Assembly (NCBI GenBank): GCA_963765655.1
Contig: CAVXXH010000004.1
Coordinates: forward strand, 21,040-85,039
Length of the DNA: 64,000 bases
Direction of reading: 5' to 3'
Origin: an uncultured Chloroflexia bacterium
Lineage (GTDB): Bacteria; Chloroflexota; Anaerolineae; Anaerolineales; Anaerolineaceae
The position numbers were made by a program, and so were the translations under genes. Positions 1 to 9,120 of the stretch are shown one piece after another. The notes under the pieces are model-generated. The model was not told the origin of the DNA. It did not search any database and was given only the letters and a program-made list of their open reading frames with translations. The first letter of the stretch is position 1. Each line of letters starts with the position of its first letter.

Positions 1-1
1 C

Positions 2-673
2 TCTAATCTATTATCCGGATCAATCGATGATATATTTGGAAATTTTATCGACCTTTATTGGCTTGATCTAGGTTCTAACAAATTATCCGGATCAATACCT
101 GATACATTAGGATATTCATCGAACCTTTATTGGCTTGACCTCAGCTCTAATCAATTTTCTGGATCAATCCCTGATCCATTAGGAAATTTAAATAACCTTT
201 ATTGGCTTGACTTCAGCTCTAACCAATTAACTGGATCAATCCCTGATACATTTAGAAATTTATCAAACCTTTATTTTCTTTCCTTCAACTATAACCAATT
301 ATCCGGACCAATCCCTGATTCATTAGGATTTTTATCGAACCTTAGTCATCTTGACCTCTCAGTAAACAAATTAACCGGGTCAATCCCTGATACATTAGGA
401 GTTTTATCGAACCTTAAGTATCTATCACTGAGCAACAACCAATTTTCCGGACCAATACTTGATACTTTAGGAGATTTAACAAACCTTGAGTATTTTTCCC
501 TCGGTCATAACAAATTATCTGGCTCAATCCCACAAACTTTTTCTAATTTAATCAAAATTTATAAATTTCAGTTTTCAAATACAGATCTTTGTGAACCAGA
601 CACTGACGAGTTTCGTACATGGAAAGAATCGGTAAAAGATTGGTCTGGTACTGAGATCATTTGTGCAGACTGA
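2..673 (+). CDS. Leucine-rich repeat surface protein, C-terminal part (5' end lies outside the window)
   Basis: The frame is open from the window edge to TGA at 671-673. It is absent from the ORF track because it has no Met. The translation gives about 8 tandem 24-aa plant-type LRRs (L..L..L.L..N.LSGSIPD.LG.L.NL). It ends in the same Cys-containing cap as the next gene (FSNTDLCEPD..EF..WKESV.DWSGT.IIC). Confidence 0.8.
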   Translation, partial: SNLLSGSIDDIFGNFIDLYWLDLGSNKLSGSIPDTLGYSSNLYWLDLSSNQFSGSIPDPLGNLNNLYWLDFSSNQLTGSIPDTFRNLSNLYFLSFNYNQLSGPIPDSLGFLSNLSHLDLSVNKLTGSIPDTLGVLSNLKYLSLSNNQFSGPILDTLGDLTNLEYFSLGHNKLSGSIPQTFSNLIKIYKFQFSNTDLCEPDTDEFRTWKESVKDWSGTEIICAD

Positions 674-831
674 GTTGTTAGGAATTTATTTTCTTAACTC
701 TTGAAATTTTTTTAATCCAAAAATTATATATTTAATTTTCTATATAATTAATCATGTAGTAAAAATTATTGGCTTGTGATCTAATAAAACTAAACAAAAG
801 AATAATAGGTTTAAATGAGGGAGGAATACCC

Positions 832-3800
832 ATGAAATGTCCCCATTGCCAACAAGAACATCCGGATAACGCAAAATTCTGTCCAGCATCAGGTTTAGAA
901 ATTCCACAAATAGAAATAAAAGGAGATAAAGTGGATCCTGGTTCCATTACTTGTCCTAATTGTGGAAAACCAATATCAATCGTCGGTAAATTCTGCCCAC
1001 ATTGCGGATTTCTCATGAGTAAAAGCGGAAATAATGATAAGACAAAAATTGTCAAACCCACACCTGGATCTCAAGTACCGAAGAAAAAACGCAAACCTCT
1101 AATTTTTGCAACTATTTTTATTATCATTTTTGTTTTGGCATTATTATCAGTTAGTTTTATTTTCTTTAAGGATTATCTACCCAATCCCATTCTTACATTC
1201 TTGAATTTAACCACACCAACTTTGCAATCAGATAACACCATCGCAATGGAAAAAGATTCTAATTCAACAATCCCTACAATGACGATCACACCAAGCCCAG
1301 CTTACACCACAGAAGATAACGAAGCCACTAAAACCCCATCAATCACACAATTATCACCAATTCCTCAATACACCCCAACCATCGAATTTTCTGAAGAAAC
1401 TGGTATTTCCAAATCTTATACCCCACCATCACCAGAAATAATCGCGCAAACCAAATTGGATGTTGAATCCTTCAATTGTAAGACAGTGCTTGATGTTCCA
1501 TATAATGAATGTAAGATTCTGGTAGAACTTTATGAAAATACGAACGGTGCTGGATGGCTCAATAACGAGGGATGGCTTCAATCAGCCTCAGTTGCGTCTT
1601 GGTATGGAATTGATCTCTGTAGCTGGGGTGACTTTGTTGGATCAATACAATTGGATAACAATCAATTATCAGGTACATTACCCGAATCAATTGGTGAATT
1701 AAGTTCAATAAATACTCTTTCATTGTCAAGAAATCAATTAACTGGAAATATTCCAAAATCAGTTGAGAGTTTTGGAAATATCTATCACCTTGCTTTAGAT
1801 AATAACCTGCTAACAGGGGAAATACCTTGGGTGCCATCTAATTTCATAGTTGAAATAAGGTTAGATCATAACAATTTTTCAGATTCTATACCCGATACAC
1901 TTAGTAACTATGACTATTTGGAGATTTTAAATCTAAGTTCAAACCAGTTGTTCGGATCTCTTCCTGATTCAATTTCTGAATTTAGCAATTTACGATTATT
2001 GGATGTGTCAGACAATCCATTATCTGGCAGTCTCCCTGAAAATTTCGAATTGTTGGTTAACCTCTATAAGTTTGATTTCCGCAACACCTTAATATGTGAT
2101 ACAACGAAAAGAGAATTTTCTAACTTAAGGGAAACCGTTTATGAATGGGATAGTCCTTTCCCTATTTGCCACGATGAATATACAATCCCTGATAGTGAAG
2201 TAGAAGTAATAACCAAACAATTGGTTACATCATTTGATTGTAAAAATACCACCGATGTACCAACTTCAGAATGTCAGGCTTTGGTAGATTTGTTCGAATC
2301 TACCAATGGTGCAGCATGGACAAATAATTTGAACTGGTTGGATTCTTTCACAATCAATAATTGGTTCGGTGTTAATGTAGTAAATAATCACGTATCCTCT
2401 GTTGAGCTTCCAAATAACAAACTTAATGGTACTATCTCCGAATCCATTGGTTCATTATCTTTTCTTACAAAACTTGATTTATCAATTAATCAATTGAGTG
2501 GCCTCTTACCTGGTGCGATAGGAAATCTATCTAGTATTACAGTATTGTATTTACATGGTAATCAATTTTCAGGTAACATTCCAGTATCTATCGGTAACTT
2601 AATCAATCTCGAATGGTTAAGACTAGCGAGTAACCATTTGACTGGCTCTATTCCATCCGAAATTGGAAAATTAAATAACTTAAAAGAACTTAATCTTTAC
2701 GACAATCAATTGTCAGGTCCCATTCCTGATTCAATTGGAAATTTATCGAGCTTAACTTATTTTGGTTTAGGAACAAATCAATTATCTGGGTCATTACCAG
2801 ATTCGATTGGCTTGCTTTCAAATCTTAAGTTTCTATATTTATACGAAAATCAATTCACCGGGAATATACCAGCTTCAATCGGTAAATTACTCGATCTTCA
2901 ATGGATTTTATTAGATAATAATCAATTTTCAGGTGAGATCCCCCAAACGATTGGAAACTTTAAGAATCTAGAAAGACTAGGGTTACATTCCAACCAATTA
3001 ATAGGGTCAATTCCAGAAACTATTGGCAATTTGAAAAATCTTACATATCTCTCCCTTTACAATAACAGTCTTGAAGGAGAATTGCCCGAACCATTAAGAG
3101 AATTGTCAAAATTAGAATATATTTTAATATTCAAAAACCAATTGTCTGGCACCATACCGGAATGGATTGGGGATTATGAAAATCTTAAATATTTAGATTT
3201 TCAAGCTAATAAGTTTTCTGGAGTTTTACCAGAATCCATAGGTAATTTATCAAATTTAGTATTATTAAACGTGTCAGGTTATCCGATTGAAGGCTCATTA
3301 CCAAATTCAATCGGCAATTTGAGTAATCTTAAATATCTATCTATAAAACGTAGTAATTTTGGAGCAATACCGGAATCAATTTCAAATCTTTCAAAACTAA
3401 CTATTCTTCAAGCTGATACTACAGAGGCGATTCCGAAATCAATCGGTAAATTATCAAATCTACAATATCTTGATATCAAAGGATTTGTTGGACCAATACC
3501 TAATGAAATTGGAAACTTGCAGAATTTAATTTACATGCGTGTAGAGGGAACTTATAGTCCACATATTGATGATAGTCTTAATTCCGAAAGAGTCCCAGAA
3601 TCTTTTGGAGAATTAAAAAATCTGAAATATCTATATTTAGGAAGTAATAAACTCTCAGGGAAAATCCCAACATCCATTGGAAATTTAGAAAATCTAATTG
3701 TTTTGAGTTTACACAGCAATAAATTTACTGGTTCAATTCCTGATTCCTTAGGTAAACTAACCAATCTTAAACGGTTATCTTTATCTTATAATGAATTATC

Positions 3801-4674
3801 TGGGTTAATTCCAGGTTCTTTTAAAAACCTATCCAATTTAGAACAACTCGATATTTATGGTAACCAATTATCTGGTCAGATTCCTGAATTTTTAGGAAAC
3901 TTAGTGAATCTTAAGTCGCTTTTCCTTGCCAAAAACAACTTCACCGGTTCACTTCCGGAGTCAATTGGATATTTAGAAAACCTTAAATATCTTTATCTCG
4001 GATCCAATCAATTATCAGGGTCAATTCCAGAGTCTTTAGGAAGATTAGAAAGTCTTATAGTCCTTGATCTCTATTCCAATCAATTGGTTGGGGGTATTCC
4101 AAAGTCATTTGAGAATCTATCCAATCTACGATATCTTGGATTAGAAGAAAATCAATTGTCTGGTACTCTACCTGAGTTTTTGGGTGATTTGACAGAGCTA
4201 AGGTATCTCACCCTAAATGATAACAATTTCAACATGTCAATTCCCTACCATTTAGGTGATCTTGCCAATCTACAATCTCTTAGATTAGGGAATAATCAAT
4301 TTTCGGGCAAAATACCATTATCTATTAGTCAATTACATAAACTTGAAGTACTTACCTTGGAAAATAACCAGCTTATTGGATCAATACCGGAAGAGCTTGG
4401 CCAATTATCTAATATATCAATTCTTTACCTGGATAATAATCAACTTACTGGATCAATTCCAGATTCCTTTAGCCAATTAATCAGCCTTGAAAATCTCACA
4501 GTAAATGACAATTTGCTAAGTGGATCAATTCCCAATAGCTTCTCAAATTTAATCAAAATGAAAAAATTTAATTTTTCTAATACAGATCTTTGTGAACCAG
4601 ACATAGAAGAGTTCCGTGCCTGGAAAGAATCGGTAGAAGATTGGTCTGGAACAGATATTATTTGTGCCTATTAA
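832..4674 (+). CDS. Double-zinc-ribbon/TM-anchored giant LRR protein with two LRR blocks
   Basis: Start moved from ORF-track 769 to ATG 832, which has a GAGGGAGGA SD just upstream and aligns with the MKCPHCQQ start of two paralogues. The N-terminus has CPHC..CP and CPNC..CPHC zinc ribbons, then KKKRK plus a TM helix (IFATIFIIIFVLALLSVSFIFF) and a T/P/S linker. Two LRR blocks follow (about 8 and about 30 repeats of 24 aa, L..L..L.L..N.LSG.IP..IG.L). Each block has an N-cap (F.CK..DVP..EC..LV.L.E.TNGA.W) and a Cys C-cap. Confidence 0.85.
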   Translation: MKCPHCQQEHPDNAKFCPASGLEIPQIEIKGDKVDPGSITCPNCGKPISIVGKFCPHCGFLMSKSGNNDKTKIVKPTPGSQVPKKKRKPLIFATIFIIIFVLALLSVSFIFFKDYLPNPILTFLNLTTPTLQSDNTIAMEKDSNSTIPTMTITPSPAYTTEDNEATKTPSITQLSPIPQYTPTIEFSEETGISKSYTPPSPEIIAQTKLDVESFNCKTVLDVPYNECKILVELYENTNGAGWLNNEGWLQSASVASWYGIDLCSWGDFVGSIQLDNNQLSGTLPESIGELSSINTLSLSRNQLTGNIPKSVESFGNIYHLALDNNLLTGEIPWVPSNFIVEIRLDHNNFSDSIPDTLSNYDYLEILNLSSNQLFGSLPDSISEFSNLRLLDVSDNPLSGSLPENFELLVNLYKFDFRNTLICDTTKREFSNLRETVYEWDSPFPICHDEYTIPDSEVEVITKQLVTSFDCKNTTDVPTSECQALVDLFESTNGAAWTNNLNWLDSFTINNWFGVNVVNNHVSSVELPNNKLNGTISESIGSLSFLTKLDLSINQLSGLLPGAIGNLSSITVLYLHGNQFSGNIPVSIGNLINLEWLRLASNHLTGSIPSEIGKLNNLKELNLYDNQLSGPIPDSIGNLSSLTYFGLGTNQLSGSLPDSIGLLSNLKFLYLYENQFTGNIPASIGKLLDLQWILLDNNQFSGEIPQTIGNFKNLERLGLHSNQLIGSIPETIGNLKNLTYLSLYNNSLEGELPEPLRELSKLEYILIFKNQLSGTIPEWIGDYENLKYLDFQANKFSGVLPESIGNLSNLVLLNVSGYPIEGSLPNSIGNLSNLKYLSIKRSNFGAIPESISNLSKLTILQADTTEAIPKSIGKLSNLQYLDIKGFVGPIPNEIGNLQNLIYMRVEGTYSPHIDDSLNSERVPESFGELKNLKYLYLGSNKLSGKIPTSIGNLENLIVLSLHSNKFTGSIPDSLGKLTNLKRLSLSYNELSGLIPGSFKNLSNLEQLDIYGNQLSGQIPEFLGNLVNLKSLFLAKNNFTGSLPESIGYLENLKYLYLGSNQLSGSIPESLGRLESLIVLDLYSNQLVGGIPKSFENLSNLRYLGLEENQLSGTLPEFLGDLTELRYLTLNDNNFNMSIPYHLGDLANLQSLRLGNNQFSGKIPLSISQLHKLEVLTLENNQLIGSIPEELGQLSNISILYLDNNQLTGSIPDSFSQLISLENLTVNDNLLSGSIPNSFSNLIKMKKFNFSNTDLCEPDIEEFRAWKESVEDWSGTDIICAY

Positions 4675-4820
4675 TAATTTTTTGTCGTGAAATTTAATTT
4701 ATTAAATCTTAGAAATAATCCTTGTTCTACAAATAAGTTTTCATTTATTTAATAATCTCTTCGTGATTTGCTCTTTTACATTTGTTCTACATATATAAAT
4801 TAATAGTCATACTTATTTTT

Positions 4821-4861
4821 TTGTAGTACATATTATTGGTGGGTAATACCTATTACAACGA
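4821..4861 (+). promoter_or_regulatory. Conserved upstream block, candidate promoter plus 5' leader (TTGTAG-17 nt-TAATAC, then CTATTACAACGA)
   Basis: A nearly identical block lies upstream of the next paralogue at 6359-6401. It sits about 40 nt before the SD/ATG at 4901. The hexamers were read by eye. Confidence 0.35.
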
Positions 4862-4900
4862 ATAATAAGAGATATTCACTTTTTTAATAAGGAGGTAAAT

Positions 4901-6175
4901 ATGAAATGTCCCCATTGCCAACAAGAACATCCGGATAACGCGAAATTCTGTCCAGTATCAGGTCTGGAAATTCCGCAAGAAGAAGTAAATGCGGAAAATG
5001 AGGATTTCATAATCTGTCCTAATTGTGGAAAACCAATTGCTATAGCAGGTAAATTCTGCCCTCATTGTGGATTTCTAATTGCTAAAAGTGGTAATGAAGG
5101 TGAGACCAAAATTGTCAAACCTATACTTGCTTCCCAAGTGCCTCCAAAGAAAAAACGTAAACAACGTTTTCTTGCAACTATTTTCATTCTTATTTTTGTT
5201 TTTGCGCTAATTGCAGTTGGCTTTATCTTTTTCAAAGAATATTTACCCAATTCCATTCTTACATTCTTAAATCTGACCACCCCAACATTGCAATCAGATC
5301 ATTCAATTACGAAATCAATCAATCCTACAAAAACTGAGTCACCTACTACAACTGAGTCACCTACCAAAACTGAATCACCTACAAAGGCTGAAACCCCAAC
5401 CATTAGTTTAGGAATAGGATCAAGTATCCTTAATGTATTTGACTCAAAGGAGATGGTTTACATTCCGGCAGGAGAGTTTCAGATGGGATGTGATCCAGAT
5501 CACAATGGAGGATGGCCATGCCAACCGGAAGAATTGCCCTTACATAATGTGTATTTAGATGCATACTTATTCGATAAATATGAAGTAACTAATAGTCAAT
5601 ACGCCATGTGTGTAGATTCTGGAGCTTGTAATTTACCACTCAAGAATAGCTCATATACTCGATCATCCTATTTTGATAATCCTATCTATGCCAATTATCC
5701 AGTAATATTTGTATCTTGGTATGATGCAAACGATTACTGTACATGGATAGGCAAAAGATTACCATCAGAAGCAGATTGGGAAAAAGCAGCTAGAGGTTCT
5801 GAAGACACCAGAGCTTATCCATGGGGAGATCAAACACCAGATTGCACTTTGGCAAATTTCATTTCTGATGGTGTTAAGTGCGTTGGTGATACTACTGAAG
5901 TTGGCAGTTATCCATTTGGTATATCACCTTATGGTATCTTTGATATGGCTGGAAATGTTGAGGAATGGGTTAATGATTGGTTATCTGTGGATTATTATAG
6001 TATTTCACCTTTTAGTAATCCACTTGGTCCAGATACAGCAATTTATAAAGTGAGACGGGGAGGAAGTTGGGGTCAATGGAATTGGACGATACGAGTTGCT
6101 GAACGTTATCCCTCAACAATAGATCCTACGTCTCAAGATTATTGGAAAGGTTTTCGTTGCGCATTATCACCTTAA
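4901..6175 (+). CDS. Double-zinc-ribbon/TM-anchored formylglycine-generating-enzyme (SUMF1/FGE, C-type-lectin-like fold) domain protein
   Basis: AAGGAGG SD upstream. It has the same N-terminal module as 832 and 6433. The ectodomain carries FGE-family motifs: [65 protein letters not shown] and RRGGSW...GFRCA. Confidence 0.85.
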   Translation: MKCPHCQQEHPDNAKFCPVSGLEIPQEEVNAENEDFIICPNCGKPIAIAGKFCPHCGFLIAKSGNEGETKIVKPILASQVPPKKKRKQRFLATIFILIFVFALIAVGFIFFKEYLPNSILTFLNLTTPTLQSDHSITKSINPTKTESPTTTESPTKTESPTKAETPTISLGIGSSILNVFDSKEMVYIPAGEFQMGCDPDHNGGWPCQPEELPLHNVYLDAYLFDKYEVTNSQYAMCVDSGACNLPLKNSSYTRSSYFDNPIYANYPVIFVSWYDANDYCTWIGKRLPSEADWEKAARGSEDTRAYPWGDQTPDCTLANFISDGVKCVGDTTEVGSYPFGISPYGIFDMAGNVEEWVNDWLSVDYYSISPFSNPLGPDTAIYKVRRGGSWGQWNWTIRVAERYPSTIDPTSQDYWKGFRCALSP

Positions 6176-6358
6176 AGTTCAATTTTATCCATATATCTTT
6201 GGGGATTTAAGTGGTTAATAATAGTACTCAAGTATTTCTATAAATGAATCTCGCTGATACTTAACATGAAAATAATCTGCAGAATCCTATTCTTCAATAA
6301 GCTAAAAAATAAATTTTTCTATATCGAGAATCATACAAATCAAATCATATATAATTAT

Positions 6359-6401
6359 TTGTGTAGTTCATAATTTCGGTGAGTAATACCTATTACAACG
6401 A
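6359..6401 (+). promoter_or_regulatory. Second copy of the conserved upstream block (..GTAGT..TAATAC CTATTACAACGA)
   Basis: Sequence GGTGAGTAATACCTATTACAACGA matches GGTGGGTAATACCTATTACAACGA at 4838-4861. It is positioned about 30-40 nt before the SD/ATG at 6433. Confidence 0.35.
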
Positions 6402-6432
6402 TTAACATTAGGATTCAAACCAGGAGGGAAAT

Positions 6433-8115
6433 ATGAAATGCCCCCATTGCCAACAAGAACATCCCGATAACGCAAAATTCTGTCCGGTATCAGGTCAAGA
6501 AATTCCACAACCAGAAACAAATGTGCAAAATGAGGAACCTGAATCAACTACCTGCCCGAATTGTGGAAAACCAATTGCCACCGTAGGTAAATTCTGCCCT
6601 CATTGCGGATTTCTGCTGGCCAAAAGTGGGATTGAGGAAAAGACCAAAATTGTAAAACCCACGCCTGCTTCTCAAGTGCCTCCAAAGAAAAAACACAAAC
6701 CACGTGTTCTTGCAACTATTTTTATTGTTATTTTCGTTATTGCAATGTTAGCCATTGGCTTTTTTCTCGTTCAAGATTACTTACCGAATACAATCCTATC
6801 TTCTGCAATCCATACTATTCCATCACATACTGAAGAAGAGGTCATTGAATTTGAAACAGAAACAATTGCAACCTCAATTCTTCCTCTAATTACTCCTGAT
6901 TCTTCGGAAACTCCAGAAGTTTTTGAAAAAACTGAGATTATCTTACCTCAAATAACAGCAATAAAGACTCACACATCAATTCCAGAATTATCGATTCCTA
7001 TAAATTGTACAGTTGATGAATTTGGTTGTGCTAAGATTATAAAAGGACAAACGATAAAAATTGGTATGGGTGCTCCTCTCACCGGTGATTATGCTGTATT
7101 TGGTGTGGACATTTCCCAAGGTGCTACAATTGCTGTAAACGATGCCGAAACAGTGGAAGGTTTTACTTTTGAACTGGTAGCTCTGGATACTCAGGGTTCT
7201 CCAGATGGTGGCGTTGCAGTAGCGAAAAAAATGGTTTCCGACCCAACAATCGTTGCTATTGCAGGGCACATTTTCTCTGGTTCAACAGAAGCTGCCTTAC
7301 CAATTTATGAGAAAGCTGGGCTCCCAATGATGTCTCCATCAGCAACCAATCCCCCATTAACCGCTCTCGGTTCCAAAGTTTTCAATCGGGTTGCCTTTAC
7401 TGATGCGATGCAAAGCCAATTTGCTGCTGATTACCTCTACAATAAGTTAGATTTCCGTAAAATTGTAGTTTTACATGATGGTCGAGCATACGGAAAAGGG
7501 TTAGCTGAAGTGGTGAAAGAACAATTCACAACCATGGGTGGTGAAATTGTTGGATTCGAAGCAATCACTCCCGGAGAATCAGATTACACCAAGATATTAT
7601 CAGCTTTTGCTACACAGAGCCCACAAGCAGTCTACTTTGGTGGTTATGTAGCAGAAGGTGTTGTTCTGACCAAAAATATGAAACAGAGTGGTTTGGAAAA
7701 CGTTGTCTTCTTCGGTTGTGATGGCACATTTGGTACTGAATATATTAAAAAGACCGGCGCGAATGGTGAAGGCGCTTATGCCGCTTCCGTTATTCCACCT
7801 GAATCAGTAGCGAAAATGAAATTCGATGCCGCATATCTGGCAGCCTACGGTGTGGAAGCTGGTACTTTATCTCCCTACACATGGAATGGATATGACTCGG
7901 CTGCAGTATTAATAGCAAAAGTAAAGGAAGTAGCACTGCTAGGTGCTGATGGAAATCTGTATATTCCACGTGGTGCCTTGGTCAATGCTGTGCGTGCAAC
8001 CAGTGGTTTCTCCAGCATCACCGGTATCATCACCTGTAATGAGGTTGGCGAATGCAACACATCTGGTCCAACATTCTTTGTCGTAAATGATGGGAAATGG
8101 GTAGAAGCACCATAG
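6433..8115 (+). CDS. Double-zinc-ribbon/TM-anchored type-I periplasmic-binding-fold protein (LivJ/branched-chain amino-acid-binding-like)
   Basis: AGGAGGG SD upstream and the shared N-terminal module. The ectodomain reads IKIGMGAPLTGDYAVFGVDISQGATIAVNDAE...LDTQGSPDGGVAVAKKMVSDPTIVAIAGHIFSGST, typical of the Leu/Ile/Val-binding family. Confidence 0.8.
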   Translation: MKCPHCQQEHPDNAKFCPVSGQEIPQPETNVQNEEPESTTCPNCGKPIATVGKFCPHCGFLLAKSGIEEKTKIVKPTPASQVPPKKKHKPRVLATIFIVIFVIAMLAIGFFLVQDYLPNTILSSAIHTIPSHTEEEVIEFETETIATSILPLITPDSSETPEVFEKTEIILPQITAIKTHTSIPELSIPINCTVDEFGCAKIIKGQTIKIGMGAPLTGDYAVFGVDISQGATIAVNDAETVEGFTFELVALDTQGSPDGGVAVAKKMVSDPTIVAIAGHIFSGSTEAALPIYEKAGLPMMSPSATNPPLTALGSKVFNRVAFTDAMQSQFAADYLYNKLDFRKIVVLHDGRAYGKGLAEVVKEQFTTMGGEIVGFEAITPGESDYTKILSAFATQSPQAVYFGGYVAEGVVLTKNMKQSGLENVVFFGCDGTFGTEYIKKTGANGEGAYAASVIPPESVAKMKFDAAYLAAYGVEAGTLSPYTWNGYDSAAVLIAKVKEVALLGADGNLYIPRGALVNAVRATSGFSSITGIITCNEVGECNTSGPTFFVVNDGKWVEAP

Positions 8116-8177
8116 TTTTATTGCTTTGAATTTATTTTTTAAGTCTCGCCAAAATAAATTTCTTGAAACTTTGGACT

Positions 8178-8200
8178 AAAAAAATAGGATTAAACATCCT
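8178..8200 (-). terminator. Weak hairpin plus U-run downstream of the minus-strand operon
   Basis: AGGAT-TAAAC-ATCCT (8186-8200) is followed on the minus strand by a T7 run. It lies between convergent genes. The stem is only 5 bp. Confidence 0.3.
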
Positions 8201-8202
8201 TC

Positions 8203-9108
8203 TCATTTCACGGGAACCAACCAATAATCTTCCCCATCCCCTTCTACAGTCCAACCAGTTAAACCAGTCTCGTTAGACCTGATTTTCCACCAAATCCAAT
8301 CATTAACACAGATTGGGCCATCCAAAATTGTCACCCTTTCACCAGGTTCAATATATCCAAGAATAGAATAAGAACTCCCAGCGTTTGACCTCACACGATT
8401 TGATAGCGGGGGGTCCTCCGATACTTTCGCAGTGTAATCAACTCTGAGGCGAGAAGGATACAATCCTGGACAAGCAATCCATTCTTCTCCGAATTTTGGT
8501 GTAGGAGTTTGTGTATTTGTTAGTCTGATTGTTGGTGTAAAAGTCGAAGAGATGGTTTTTGTAATTGGGATTGTTTCTAATTTTGTAGGTTTAGGTGGAA
8601 GAATGGATTGTGTTTCTGTTATTTCTGGAGAAAATTCCATGGTTATTTCATACTGGCCTTCAATAGGATCTTCTTTATTATTTGACAATCCCAAAGATTC
8701 TGAGAGCGAATCTTTTTCATCAATTTGGGAACTTTGATTGATGAGTTCTAAACTTTCATTTCTCTTAAGTATCAGGCTATTAATACCATCAAAATTGTTC
8801 AAGAGTATGATTGTTCCACCAATAATTGAAATGATCCCAGGAAGAATTAAAATTACCCATACTATATTAGTTGAACCCTTCTTTGTTTTTTTCTTATTCT
8901 TTACATTCTGCAACTGCTTATCTGAAAGATTAAAGGAACAATTAGGGCAATGGCTCCAATTTTTCTGAACTTGCTTGTTGCAATTTGGGCATAACAGAGT
9001 TTCAGGAGGTTTTTCTACTTCTTGTTTTTCTTGTGGAATTACTTTTCCAGTAACTGGGCAGAATTTTGCTCCATCAGGATGGTCGCCAGAACAATATGTA
9101 CATTTCAT
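8203..9108 (-). CDS. Zinc-ribbon/TM-anchored protein with C-terminal bacterial SH3 domain
   Basis: N-terminus is MKCTYCSGDHPDGAKFCP...CPNCNKQVQKNWSHCPNC, then KKKTKK plus a TM helix and a linker. The C-terminus (YSILGYIEPGERVTILDGPICVNDWIWWKIR..TGLTGWTVEG) is SH3_3-like. Confidence 0.75.
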   Translation of the reverse strand: MKCTYCSGDHPDGAKFCPVTGKVIPQEKQEVEKPPETLLCPNCNKQVQKNWSHCPNCSFNLSDKQLQNVKNKKKTKKGSTNIVWVILILPGIISIIGGTIILLNNFDGINSLILKRNESLELINQSSQIDEKDSLSESLGLSNNKEDPIEGQYEITMEFSPEITETQSILPPKPTKLETIPITKTISSTFTPTIRLTNTQTPTPKFGEEWIACPGLYPSRLRVDYTAKVSEDPPLSNRVRSNAGSSYSILGYIEPGERVTILDGPICVNDWIWWKIRSNETGLTGWTVEGDGEDYWLVPVK

Positions 9109-9120
9109 AAACGTAATACT

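Noticed and set aside
1-4674. The regular ~72-bp periodic repeats considered as a possible CRISPR array or satellite.
   Set aside because: The periodicity lies in one long open reading frame encoding 24-aa LRR units. The repeats are degenerate at DNA level and have no unique spacers.
6040-6175. The C-terminal ~40 codons of the FGE/C-type-lectin-fold protein ([40 protein letters not shown]) lie exactly where diversity-generating retroelements place their variable repeat.
   Set aside because: No template-repeat copy of this segment and no reverse transcriptase or avd-like gene is present anywhere in the 64 kb. Ordinary FGE-family proteins have the same C-terminal motif. Only a genome-wide search for an A-mismatched ~120-bp copy next to an RT could revive the idea.
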